Assembly (NCBI GenBank): GCA_041664225.1
Contig: JBAYLE010000001.1
Coordinates: 132,939 to 196,938 of the forward strand
Length of the DNA stretch: 64,000 nt
Direction: 5' to 3'
From: Parcubacteria group bacterium
GTDB lineage: Bacteria; Patescibacteriota; Minisyncoccia; Moranbacterales; UBA2206
Position numbers and translations under genes: made by a program. The notes under the pieces are model-generated. The model was not told the DNA's origin, searched no databases, and was given only the letters and a program-made list of their open reading frames with translations. Of this stretch, positions 18,809 to 27,642 are shown piece by piece (positions within the stretch are counted from its first letter, which is position 1; each line of letters starts with the position of its first letter).

Positions 18809-19726
18809 ATGGAAAAGATATATGATTTGCTCATAATCGGTGCCGGTCCGGCTGGTTTGGGAGCGTCTATTTATGCATCGCGCTATAAATTGGATCACGT
18901 TGTGCTGGGTGATGAAATCGGGGGACAAGTAGTGGAGGCTTCAGAAATTGAAAATTGGGCAGGAGAAGTTTCGATTCCCGGAAAAACGCTGATGGAAAAA
19001 TTCCAGCATCACGCGCATCATTTGGGGGCTAAAATTATTCAATCTGATGTCTCATCCGTTTCTAAAACCGATGCAGGATTTGAAGTAGTGGCGGGAAATG
19101 AAAAATATTTGGCCAAAACTATTATTCTAGCTTTAGGCATGAAAGCGCGCAAAATGAATGTGCCGGGCGAAGATAAGTTTGTGGGTAAAGGCGTATCGTA
19201 CTGCGCGACTTGCGATGCGATGTTTTTTCGCGGGAAAGACGTGGTGGTAGTCGGCGGGGGAGACGCGGCGGCGACGGCGGCGATTCATCTCAGTGAATTC
19301 GCGAGGAAAGTTTCTCTTCTTTATCGTGATGCCTCCAATTGGGAACCTTCTTGGGAAGAGCAACTGGACAAATTAAATGTAGAAAAAATTTCTTGCACGA
19401 ATATCAAAGAAATAAAAGGAGATCAGAAAGTGACGGGGATTGTTTATGAAATTGCCGATGGAGAAAAAGAACTTTCTGTTCAAGGAGTATTTATTGAAGT
19501 TGGTACAACGCCGGGCGTGGCGGTGGCACAAAGTTTAGGCGTGGCTCTGGATGAACAAAGTTATATTATTGTTGACCAGACGCAAGCGACAAACATTGAA
19601 AATGTTTACGCGGCGGGCGACGTCACCACCGGCTCCAACAAATTCCGCCAAATTATTACCGCTGTGGCCGAAGGGGCGGTGGCGGCCGGAAGTTTGTATC
19701 GGAAGTTAAAACTTACGAAAAAATAA
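18809..19726 (+). CDS. trxB: thioredoxin-disulfide reductase
   Basis: FAD site GAGPAG, redox CATCD, NADPH site GGGDAA. Confidence 0.92.
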   Translation: MEKIYDLLIIGAGPAGLGASIYASRYKLDHVVLGDEIGGQVVEASEIENWAGEVSIPGKTLMEKFQHHAHHLGAKIIQSDVSSVSKTDAGFEVVAGNEKYLAKTIILALGMKARKMNVPGEDKFVGKGVSYCATCDAMFFRGKDVVVVGGGDAAATAAIHLSEFARKVSLLYRDASNWEPSWEEQLDKLNVEKISCTNIKEIKGDQKVTGIVYEIADGEKELSVQGVFIEVGTTPGVAVAQSLGVALDEQSYIIVDQTQATNIENVYAAGDVTTGSNKFRQIITAVAEGAVAAGSLYRKLKLTKK

Positions 19727-19727
19727 T

Positions 19728-19947
19728 ATTTCCACTTTCTTTTGGCAGCAAAAGAAAGTGGAGAAAAAAAACTGCCGGCACAGGCTCGTGCTGGCTGAAT
19801 TTCTAATCTGGCTCGCTAAAATTTATACGCTCGCGGCGAGCTATGATAAATTTCTTAACGTTCGCCAGCTTGAAATTCAGAAATGCACTTCGCAATGTGC
19901 GGGAATCTGGTTTGATTACCAAGAAGTAGAATATTTCGCATGCTCGA
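19728..19947. repeat. copy A of a ~220-bp structured repeat family (two copies in window)
   Basis: ~90% identical to 52300-52519. Contains a perfect 12-bp hairpin ccactttctttt-ggcagc-aaaagaaagtgg, then gccggcac-aggctc-gtgctggc, then the long-range pair ctgaatttc...gaaattcag and further hairpins. Confidence 0.6.
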
Positions 19948-20036
19948 TTTATTTATAAAGTTAGTTTTTTTGAAAAATAAAAAGACCACCAAACGCTGAT
20001 TATACGAGCGAGTGGTGGCGGATACTGGATTCGCAG

Positions 20037-20219
20037 CTATTTTTTGAGATAATTGATTGCTGCTGTGAGAGAGATAAGTCCGCAAAGAACTGCTAATCCT
20101 CCACAAACGGAGTTCATCGCAAAGCCGGAAAATATTGCTGTTAAGACAAAGCCAATGATGATTCCTTTTGCTTCGTTTTCGATTACCATCCCAACATCTG
20201 TCGGTCTTTTGTATGGCAT
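20037..20219 (-). CDS. hypothetical small membrane protein (60 aa)
   Basis: ATG preceded by AGGAGA; MPYKRPTDVG... followed by two hydrophobic segments. Confidence 0.35.
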   Translation of the reverse strand: MPYKRPTDVGMVIENEAKGIIIGFVLTAIFSGFAMNSVCGGLAVLCGLISLTAAINYLKK

Positions 20220-20374
20220 ATTATTCTCCTTGTAAGGAAATTTTTGCATAGAATAACGCTGTACTCCATGATCTGTTATTATACTCCAAAACAACCCAAA
20301 AGTCAATAACTGGTGTGTAATAGATAAATTTTGCTTTAAATAAGCTTAAAAATAGCACAAAAGAAAAAAAGATT

Positions 20375-21505
20375 ATGAATTCGATAGAATTATCCAAAAA
20401 ATTAGGAGGGAAAATTGAAGTTAGAAGTAAGCAGAAACTGACTAAGCAGAATCTGCCGGTTTTGTATACGCCGGGGGTGGCGGATGTTTCCATGGCCATC
20501 GCGAAAAATAAAAAATTGGCTTTTGAGTATACAATTAAAAAAAATACGGTGGCGGTGATTTCGGATGGCAGCGCGGTTTTGGGTTTGGGCAACATCGGGC
20601 CGGAAGCGGCTTTGCCGGTAATGGAGGGAAAGTGTTTACTATTCAAAGAACTGGCAGGCGTGGATGCATTTCCGATTGTGCTTGCGACGCAGGACACGGA
20701 AGAAATAATCAAAATTATAAAAGCCATCGCGCCGACATTTGGCGGAATAAATTTGGAAGATATTTCAGCGCCGAGATGTTTTGAAATTGAGGAGAGATTA
20801 AAAAAAGAATTGGACATCCCGGTTTTTCATGATGACCAGCATGGGACGGCGATTGTGGTCTTGGCGGGGCTTATTAATGCTTTGAAAGTTGTCAAGAAAG
20901 ATATTAAAAAAATAAAAATAGTGATTTCCGGCGCTGGCGCGGCGGGCATCGCGATTACTAAACTTTTGATAAAATACGGCGCCAAAAATATTATTTTAGT
21001 CGATAGCCAGGGGATAATCCACAAAGAGCGAAAAATCGGCATGAATATGGCGAAGGTGGAAATTGCGCATCTTACCAATCACAAAGGACAAGGCGGCACG
21101 CTTCGCGACGCTTTGGCTGGAGCAGATGTTTTTATCGGCGTTTCGGCGCCGAATATTTTGACCAAAGACGATGTGCGGAAAATGAATAAAAAGCCCATTG
21201 TTTTCACTATGAGTAATCCAGTTCCGGAAATCAGCCCCGAAGAAGCCAAGAAGGGCGGAGCTTTTATTGTTGCTACTGGCAGTTCAAAATATCCCAACCA
21301 AATCAATAATGTCCTGGTGTTTCCGGGAATTTTTCGCGGGGCGCTGGACACACGAACGAAAAGGATAACCGACGAGCACAAATTAAAGGCGGCCAAGGCT
21401 ATTGCCGCTCTGGTCAAAACGCCAACTTGTGATAAGATAATACCAGAAGCATTAAATAAACAAGTGGCAAAAAAAGTTGCCAGTGTGTTTAAAAAACAAA
21501 TATGA
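20375..21505 (+). CDS. NAD(P)-dependent malic enzyme
   Basis: PVLYTPGVADV, malic-enzyme N-domain motifs and the NAD site GAGAAG. Confidence 0.85.
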   Translation: MNSIELSKKLGGKIEVRSKQKLTKQNLPVLYTPGVADVSMAIAKNKKLAFEYTIKKNTVAVISDGSAVLGLGNIGPEAALPVMEGKCLLFKELAGVDAFPIVLATQDTEEIIKIIKAIAPTFGGINLEDISAPRCFEIEERLKKELDIPVFHDDQHGTAIVVLAGLINALKVVKKDIKKIKIVISGAGAAGIAITKLLIKYGAKNIILVDSQGIIHKERKIGMNMAKVEIAHLTNHKGQGGTLRDALAGADVFIGVSAPNILTKDDVRKMNKKPIVFTMSNPVPEISPEEAKKGGAFIVATGSSKYPNQINNVLVFPGIFRGALDTRTKRITDEHKLKAAKAIAALVKTPTCDKIIPEALNKQVAKKVASVFKKQI

Positions 21506-21942
21506 AAATTTATAAACAAAACATAGAAATAAAAAGCACCAGTCAGATGGAGTTTGTTGATATCACTAATCAGGTTGATGAAGTGGTTTCCAGCTCTGGC
21601 ATCAGAGAAGGCCAGACTCTGGTTTACTCCCCTCACACTTCGGCCAGCATTGTCGTGAATCACAATGAGCCGATGCTGATCCAGGATTTTATGCGGATTT
21701 TGTACAGACTGGTGCCGGTGAGCGACCGTTATTCCCACGACTTATTTGAAATCGGACGGTCAAAAACATCTGACGGACGGAGCAATGGCCACTCGCACTG
21801 CAAAGCGATGCTTTTGGGAGTGAGCGAAACAGTGCCAGTTGAAAAGGGCAAACTGTTGCTAACAGAGAAGCAAAATATCTTCATGGTAGAAATGGATGGA
21901 GCTCGAACCAGGAATATTATCGTTCAAGTTATTGGATTATGA
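21502..21942 (+). CDS. YjbQ/UPF0047 family secondary thiamine-phosphate synthase-like protein
   Basis: YSHD...NGHSH motifs characteristic of YjbQ. Confidence 0.7.
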   Translation: MKIYKQNIEIKSTSQMEFVDITNQVDEVVSSSGIREGQTLVYSPHTSASIVVNHNEPMLIQDFMRILYRLVPVSDRYSHDLFEIGRSKTSDGRSNGHSHCKAMLLGVSETVPVEKGKLLLTEKQNIFMVEMDGARTRNIIVQVIGL

Positions 21943-22556
21943 GCAAATTAGTCAATGATCTGATACAAAAAGGTTATCTCAAAAGCGATTCGATTATCGA
22001 CGCATTTTCCGAAATCAGCCGGATGGAATTTGTCCCGAAGGAATTAGAGTTGGAAGCCGAGGAGGATATCGCTTTGCCAATTGGGTATGGGCAGACTATA
22101 TCACAACCGTTGGTGGTGGCCTTTATGTTTGAACTTCTGGAGCCGCAAAAAGGACAAAAAATATTGGATATTGGCAGTGGATCAGGTTGGACAACTTCGC
22201 TATTGGCTTATGTAGTGGGGACAGAAGGCAATGTAATCGGCATTGAGAGAATAAAAGAACTTAAGGATTTTGGAGAAAAAAACGCGGACAAATTTGGCTT
22301 TGTTAAGAAAGGCATTGCGGAATTTGTTGGCGGCGATGGTAGTTTGGGCTTTCCTGAAAAAGCGCCCTATGATCGAATTTTAGTGTCAGCAGTTTCATAT
22401 GAAGTGCCGGAAGTCTTGAAAAATCAATTAAAAGTAGGCGGAAAATTAGTCATGCCGATTCGCAACAGCATAATTTACCTTGAAAAGAAAGGAGAAAATG
22501 ATTTTTACAAGGAAGAATTTCCCGGCTTTTATTTTGTGCCATTGGTCATAAATTAA
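21939..22556 (+). CDS. pcm: protein-L-isoaspartate O-methyltransferase
   Basis: GQTISQP and DIGSGSGW motifs. Confidence 0.85.
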   Translation: MSKLVNDLIQKGYLKSDSIIDAFSEISRMEFVPKELELEAEEDIALPIGYGQTISQPLVVAFMFELLEPQKGQKILDIGSGSGWTTSLLAYVVGTEGNVIGIERIKELKDFGEKNADKFGFVKKGIAEFVGGDGSLGFPEKAPYDRILVSAVSYEVPEVLKNQLKVGGKLVMPIRNSIIYLEKKGENDFYKEEFPGFYFVPLVIN

Positions 22557-22575
22557 ATATATTTTTTTTAAATAA

Positions 22576-23583
22576 ATGTTAAGAAGAATGATAATTGCAG
22601 CAGCGGTGGTGGTTGCCTTGATCGGCAGTCTTTTTTATTTTAATCACCAGGTTGGTTTTTCGCACGGAAGTTATACGCAGAATAAGATTTTTAAAATTGT
22701 TAAGGGTGATGGCAATACTACAGTCGGAAAAAATTTGGAAAAAGACGGATTAATTTCTAATGATTGGTATTTTTATTATTATGTCCGCTCACACGGCCTT
22801 TTAAGCAAGCTTTATCCGGGTGAATATCTTTTGAGTGGCAATATGACTATTCCGGAAATTGCGGCTATCATTACTAACCCCCAAAAAGTTTATGAGCGAG
22901 TTACTTTCATCGAGGGCTGGACCGCCAAACAATTTGCGGAAGAATTGAGCAGCTATGGTTTTGGCGGCGATGCTTTCTTGGCTTTGGTTAAAAATCCGCC
23001 GGCTGAAATTGTTTCTCAATTTAAGGTTTTTTCCGACAAACCGAAAGACGCGGCACTTGAAGGTTATCTTTTCCCTGACACTTATTATTTTTCCAAAGAA
23101 GCGACTCCAGAGGGAATTCTCAAAAAAATTCTTCAGAATACAGACACACAGTTGAGCACAGATATTTCTAGCATCGCCAAAGCACAAAATAAATCGCTTT
23201 TTCAGATTTTGATTATGGCCAGTATCATTGAAAAGGAAGTGAAGACTGATGCGGACCGAGTGCTAGTCTCTGGAATTTTTTGGAACCGAATCAAGATTGG
23301 GCAAGCTTTGCAGAGCGACGCGACTCTGACCTATATTTTAGGTGACAAAGACGCGGCTCACAGTGGAGCGCAGTTGGCGACTGATTCTCCGTATAATTCC
23401 TACCAAAACAAGGGTCTGCCGCCCGGGCCGATTTCCAATCCGGGGTTGGCTTCGATCATCGCGGCCATCCATCCGCAAGACTCGGCCTATAATTATTTTT
23501 TAAGCGACCTAAAAACTGGTCAAACAATTTTTTCCAAAACATACGACGAACATCTGGTGAACAAAGCGAAATATGGATTATGA
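22576..23583 (+). CDS. mltG: endolytic murein transglycosylase MltG (YceG family)
   Basis: N-terminal TM, then LFPDTYYF, SIIEKE and LQSDATLTY motifs. Confidence 0.9.
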   Translation: MLRRMIIAAAVVVALIGSLFYFNHQVGFSHGSYTQNKIFKIVKGDGNTTVGKNLEKDGLISNDWYFYYYVRSHGLLSKLYPGEYLLSGNMTIPEIAAIITNPQKVYERVTFIEGWTAKQFAEELSSYGFGGDAFLALVKNPPAEIVSQFKVFSDKPKDAALEGYLFPDTYYFSKEATPEGILKKILQNTDTQLSTDISSIAKAQNKSLFQILIMASIIEKEVKTDADRVLVSGIFWNRIKIGQALQSDATLTYILGDKDAAHSGAQLATDSPYNSYQNKGLPPGPISNPGLASIIAAIHPQDSAYNYFLSDLKTGQTIFSKTYDEHLVNKAKYGL

Positions 23584-24518
23584 AAAAACTAAATGGGGTA
23601 ATCAGTGCTCAGCAATTTGACCGAGAAACACTCGAGGCGGTTTTTTTGATTGCTGATGAAATGAAAAAAAATCCTGATCCGGAACTGCTCAAAGGTAAAA
23701 TCATGGGCAGTCTTTTTTATGAACCCAGCACGCGTACTCGCTGGAGTTTTGAGATTGCCATGCTGAAGCTGGGAGGCCTGTGTATCAGCACGGAAAGTGC
23801 GGGAATTTTTTCTTCGGCTGCCAAGGGAGAAAGTTTGGAAGATACGATCCGCGTTCTTAGCGGATATCCGATTGATTTGTTGACGCTTCGCTACAACAAA
23901 AAAGGCGGAGCGGAGCGAGCCGAAAAATTTTCTCGCGTGCCCGTGATCAATGCCGGCGATGGCAATGGGCAGCATCCGACGCAGGCGCTTCTCGATCTCT
24001 ATACGATTCGACAAAAATATCCAAAGATCAGCGGACTAAAAATCGCCATGATGGGCGATTTAGCCAATGGGAGAACGGTAAGGTCGCTGTGCTATTTTTT
24101 GGCGAAACATTTTCCGGACAATGAAATTTATTTTATTTCGCCCGAGGCAGTCAAAATGCAAGATGATATCAAGGAATATTTGGACAAGCACGGCGCGAAG
24201 TGGCAAGAGCTTTTTGAAATTACACCGGAGATTATTGCGAAAATGAATGTTATTTATCAGACGCGCATTCAAAAAGAAAGATTTCAAGAAAATATCAGTC
24301 TTTTTGAGGAAGTTTCCAAGGCGAGTGAAATGTTTATGATTGGCGAGGATTTTGTCGAACAAATGGACAAGGATGGGATAATTCTCCATCCGCTTCCGCG
24401 TATCAATGAAATCGCTTATGCTGTGGACAAAGATCCGCGCGCTTGTTATTTTCAGCAAGCCTGGAACGGAGTTTATGTCCGCATGGCCCTACTTAAGATG
24501 ATTTTGATCGGATATTAA
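23580..24518 (+). CDS. pyrB: aspartate carbamoyltransferase catalytic subunit
   Basis: STRTR, HPTQALLD and HPLP motifs. It lies in a pyrimidine-gene neighbourhood, convergent with pyrK-pyrD and pyrC. Confidence 0.8.
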   Translation: MKKLNGVISAQQFDRETLEAVFLIADEMKKNPDPELLKGKIMGSLFYEPSTRTRWSFEIAMLKLGGLCISTESAGIFSSAAKGESLEDTIRVLSGYPIDLLTLRYNKKGGAERAEKFSRVPVINAGDGNGQHPTQALLDLYTIRQKYPKISGLKIAMMGDLANGRTVRSLCYFLAKHFPDNEIYFISPEAVKMQDDIKEYLDKHGAKWQELFEITPEIIAKMNVIYQTRIQKERFQENISLFEEVSKASEMFMIGEDFVEQMDKDGIILHPLPRINEIAYAVDKDPRACYFQQAWNGVYVRMALLKMILIGY

Positions 24519-24536
24519 CTTTTGGAAAAAAATTCA

Positions 24537-24562
24537 GGGCTTGCGTCGCGGCGCAAGCCCTG
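24537..24562. terminator. bidirectional terminator between convergent pyrB and pyrK-pyrD
   Basis: 10-bp GC hairpin agggcttgcg-tcgcgg-cgcaagccct with U-rich runs on both strands. Confidence 0.6.
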
Positions 24563-24588
24563 TGTGTTTCTAGTTTCTGTAGAAATAG

Positions 24589-26379
24589 CTAATAAAGAAC
24601 AACTTTTCCAACCAGGTCCTTGATGTTTGAGACTTTGTGATATTTTACAAAGTCTTTGAGTCCCTGGCAGATTTCTCTGAAGATCTTCGGATTCTTGAAA
24701 GAACCAGTTCCGCACTGGACAGCGCTGGCTCCAGCCAGAATATAATTCATGGCGCTTCGGGCATCGGTTATTCCTCCAATTCCGATGATTGGCAGTCCCA
24801 GTTCGGCTTGGGCGACCTCAAAGACCTTGAGAACATTAATCGGCAATATTGCTGGGCCGGAAAGACCTCCAGTATTGCCACCGAGGCATGGCCGCAGAGT
24901 ATACGGGTCGATTAACATCCCTGGGTAGGTATTAGCGATTGATAGCGCGTCTGCCCCTCCGTTTAATGCTCCAAGCGCAATAGCTGCTATATCCTGAGCT
25001 TTGGGTGAAAGTTTGACAATAAGATATAGTCCCGGCGCGCTGTCTCGTACTTCGCGAACAACTTCACGTGTTGATTTGGTATTTAGAGAAAAAATCTTTC
25101 CTCCTTCTTTGTTGTTTGGGCATGAGATATTGACCTCGATGAATTTGAAGCCGGCTTTTTCAAGGGCCGCTGCCAGATCTACGAACTCCTTTACGGAATT
25201 GCCGCTGATGTTGAGTATGACTTTTCGGCCAGTTTTTTGGATCATGTCAATAATCATAGGGGCAATTGACAGGAACTCCTCGAGCCCCATGTTTTTGAGT
25301 CCGATGGAGTTGAGCATGCCTGAGGGAGTTTCGCATATTCTTGGACCCTTGTTTCCTTGGCGTCTAAGTGTTGTCAGTCCTTTAAATACATGAGCGCCGA
25401 TTCCGTATTCATCAGTAGGCCCGTTGTTGATACTGTCGAGCACATAGCATCCGGAGGCTGTCATTATAGGGAAATCGAGTTCTAAATTAAGCGACTGGCC
25501 CCAGAGTTCTGTTTTGAGCGGGTCTATTTTTTTTGCTCCGATCCTCTCTTCTGATGATTCAATTGTTATTTTGGGCGGTATGAGTGCTTTCCAGTCTATT
25601 TCGGAAGCATTGAAGAATGGTCCTTCGGTGCACACGCTCTTATAAATCTTATTGCCAGCCTCGTCTTTCTGTGTGGTCGGAATATCGCATCCCATGCAGC
25701 TTCCAATTCCGCAGGCCATCATCTCTTCGAGAGAAACATAACACTGATTTTTGTATTCTTCACAAATCTCGGCGACTTTCTTGAGCATTGGCCTTGGACC
25801 GCAGGCGATTACCACAGACTGACCAGCATCTTCTTTGAGTGCATCTTCCAATAGATGTGTCACCAGATTTCTTTCACAGAGAGCATCTTCACAGATAGTC
25901 TGAGTGGAACAGGTTTTGGCGTTAAAACGCCATTTGCAAAATAACTGGCCTTCGTCTTTGCCTCCGAAAAGCGCAAGTGTTTTTATGACCATTTCGTCAA
26001 GTTTTTTGGCGATGGGCATTAGGGCTGCGATACCAGTTACTCCGCCGACAAGAATAACCCTTTTCCATGATTTTTCCGCGGCAAATGGTTTGCCTAGCGG
26101 TCCGATGAGCTTGATCTTATCTCCCTCTCTCAGTTCCGATAACTTTTTAGTATTTTCACCAACAACCTTAATATAAAAAGTTATTTCATTGTCTTTGCAA
26201 TCAGCCGCAGTAAATGGTCGGGGCATTTGTGAGGATGATTCGGGGATGATCTTGTAAAACTGACCAGCTTTCGGTTTTTGCTTTTCGGCCCAAATTACCA
26301 ATTCGTAAATTCTCGAGCCAATCTGAGTTTCTCTATTTGATATTACTTCTGTAGTAAAAAACTTTCTTTTTTTCTTCAT
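24589..26379 (-). CDS. pyrK-pyrD: fused dihydroorotate dehydrogenase electron-transfer subunit (PyrK) and catalytic subunit (PyrD, class 1B)
   Basis: N-terminal FAD/NAD domain with the 2Fe-2S motif CGIGSCMGC. The C-terminal DHODH TIM barrel has GLKNMG, NISCPN and IGIGGI motifs. The start is set at MKKKRKFF (26379), which is preceded by an AGGAGG RBS. Confidence 0.85.
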   Translation of the reverse strand: MKKKRKFFTTEVISNRETQIGSRIYELVIWAEKQKPKAGQFYKIIPESSSQMPRPFTAADCKDNEITFYIKVVGENTKKLSELREGDKIKLIGPLGKPFAAEKSWKRVILVGGVTGIAALMPIAKKLDEMVIKTLALFGGKDEGQLFCKWRFNAKTCSTQTICEDALCERNLVTHLLEDALKEDAGQSVVIACGPRPMLKKVAEICEEYKNQCYVSLEEMMACGIGSCMGCDIPTTQKDEAGNKIYKSVCTEGPFFNASEIDWKALIPPKITIESSEERIGAKKIDPLKTELWGQSLNLELDFPIMTASGCYVLDSINNGPTDEYGIGAHVFKGLTTLRRQGNKGPRICETPSGMLNSIGLKNMGLEEFLSIAPMIIDMIQKTGRKVILNISGNSVKEFVDLAAALEKAGFKFIEVNISCPNNKEGGKIFSLNTKSTREVVREVRDSAPGLYLIVKLSPKAQDIAAIALGALNGGADALSIANTYPGMLIDPYTLRPCLGGNTGGLSGPAILPINVLKVFEVAQAELGLPIIGIGGITDARSAMNYILAGASAVQCGTGSFKNPKIFREICQGLKDFVKYHKVSNIKDLVGKVVLY

Positions 26380-26390
26380 TTTGCCTCCTA

Positions 26391-27476
26391 TCAGTTTTTT
26401 GGGAACAACAATTTTGATCCGTTCCATGGGTTTAAAACTATTTCATTGTTATATTGGATGTCATCGACCCGTTCTTCAAGCTCGTATTCAACTAACTCAT
26501 TCGAAACGGGAATCTCAAGAAATCTGCTGGCGTTGAATGATAAGAGATTTGCAACCTGTTCATCAGAAAGACCGAGTTGGTGGGCGAGGGTGCAGATGAC
26601 AGCGACCATTTCCTGATTAGAGGGTAAGCCCCCGAGCATTTGAAGTAGCTTTTCTTCCTTTGTGTGGTTAGCGTTGTCAGAACTGATAATAATCAGAGGA
26701 TTATCCAGGGCCAGAAGGCTGATCAAAAACAGACGATGTTTGGATGGGCGCAGATTATTGAAGCACTTGTAGAAAACCGGATCAATGTTTGGGTTCCAGT
26801 TTGTCCGGTCGGCATCGAACCAAAGATAATGTGGACATAGCTCCAAAACTATTTGCATGCCTTGTCTTTGGGCTTCCAAGATAATCATGGCGCTCTCAAT
26901 GCAAGAGACATGGCAGATAATGATTTTCACGCCTGGAACTTTGCGTGCCAGAGAGATTATTTTTCTCACATATGACACTTCGGCTTCAATGGGGTTGCCC
27001 TTGAGGCGTGCGATAATGTATGGGTCATCGCAGTGGCAGGCTATCGCCTTGTTTACTGCTCTGGCCATATACATGGCTCCGAGGATCGTATGATCATACA
27101 TTACGCCAATTGTTCCCGTGGTTACAGATGTTCCGTCGTCTTTCTTGGGGTAGACTTTGCCGCCGAGAATCCAAGGTATTTCAAGAGCTTTTTGAAATTC
27201 ACCCGGGTTGTAATCTGTCAGACCGAACCACAGGTACTGTGGCGGTAAATCAAATTCAATCTGCGCGTCAGTTTGTAGCCCGTGATATTCCGTACAGGCA
27301 GGAACGGAAGTAAGCGGTTCGATAGTATTAGGCATGGCGGCCGAAATTGAAATCAGCCCGCGCTTGGCTTCCAGCATCGTTTGTCGAACAGTTGTTTTGC
27401 TTCTCTGTTTGAGGTCACGTTTGTGACAGTGAAGGTCGATAAGATCTTTTGGAAAACGTCTTTTAATTTTTTTCAT
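26391..27476 (-). CDS. pyrC: dihydroorotase (amidohydrolase family)
   Basis: DLHCH metal-binding motif and an amidohydrolase fold. It is adjacent to and co-directional with pyrK-pyrD. Confidence 0.75.
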   Translation of the reverse strand: MKKIKRRFPKDLIDLHCHKRDLKQRSKTTVRQTMLEAKRGLISISAAMPNTIEPLTSVPACTEYHGLQTDAQIEFDLPPQYLWFGLTDYNPGEFQKALEIPWILGGKVYPKKDDGTSVTTGTIGVMYDHTILGAMYMARAVNKAIACHCDDPYIIARLKGNPIEAEVSYVRKIISLARKVPGVKIIICHVSCIESAMIILEAQRQGMQIVLELCPHYLWFDADRTNWNPNIDPVFYKCFNNLRPSKHRLFLISLLALDNPLIIISSDNANHTKEEKLLQMLGGLPSNQEMVAVICTLAHQLGLSDEQVANLLSFNASRFLEIPVSNELVEYELEERVDDIQYNNEIVLNPWNGSKLLFPKN

Positions 27477-27593
27477 CCAGAATCTCCTTTTCTTTCTGAT
27501 ATTCTATAAAAACCTCATCGAGGTTTTATTTTTAAAAGAATCTTCAAAACTGTCTTAACTTTTTCTAGCACACTAATTTAAAAGCGCCAACCC

Positions 27594-27623
27594 TTGACAA
27601 AAACCAATGATATGTGCTAATCT
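27594..27623 (+). promoter_or_regulatory. candidate sigma-70 promoter for the 27643 gene
   Basis: TTGACA - 18 nt - TGcTAATCT (extended -10-like). Confidence 0.3.
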
Positions 27624-27642
27624 AATTTGACATAAATTTAAA

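Noticed and set aside
19758-19958. 66-aa ORF (GTG start) lying inside copy A of the structured repeat
   Set aside because: The corresponding region of copy B encodes only a 52-aa peptide with a different C-terminus. All substitutions between the copies are non-synonymous. The sequence forms extensive RNA secondary structure. Treated as part of the repeat/ncRNA element, not as a protein gene.
20221-20817. 198-aa ORF on the minus strand
   Set aside because: It is fully antisense to the well-supported malic enzyme gene (20375..21505). It has low-complexity, Ser/Leu/Phe-rich composition typical of antisense frames of AT-rich genes.
25001-25393. 130-aa plus-strand ORF inside pyrK-pyrD
   Set aside because: Antisense shadow ORF.
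27627-27632. Second TTGACA 11 nt upstream of the annotated start of the 27643 gene
   Set aside because: No acceptable -10 at 17±1 nt. If real, it would force the downstream start at MENTPK (27664). Kept only the first promoter candidate, at low confidence.
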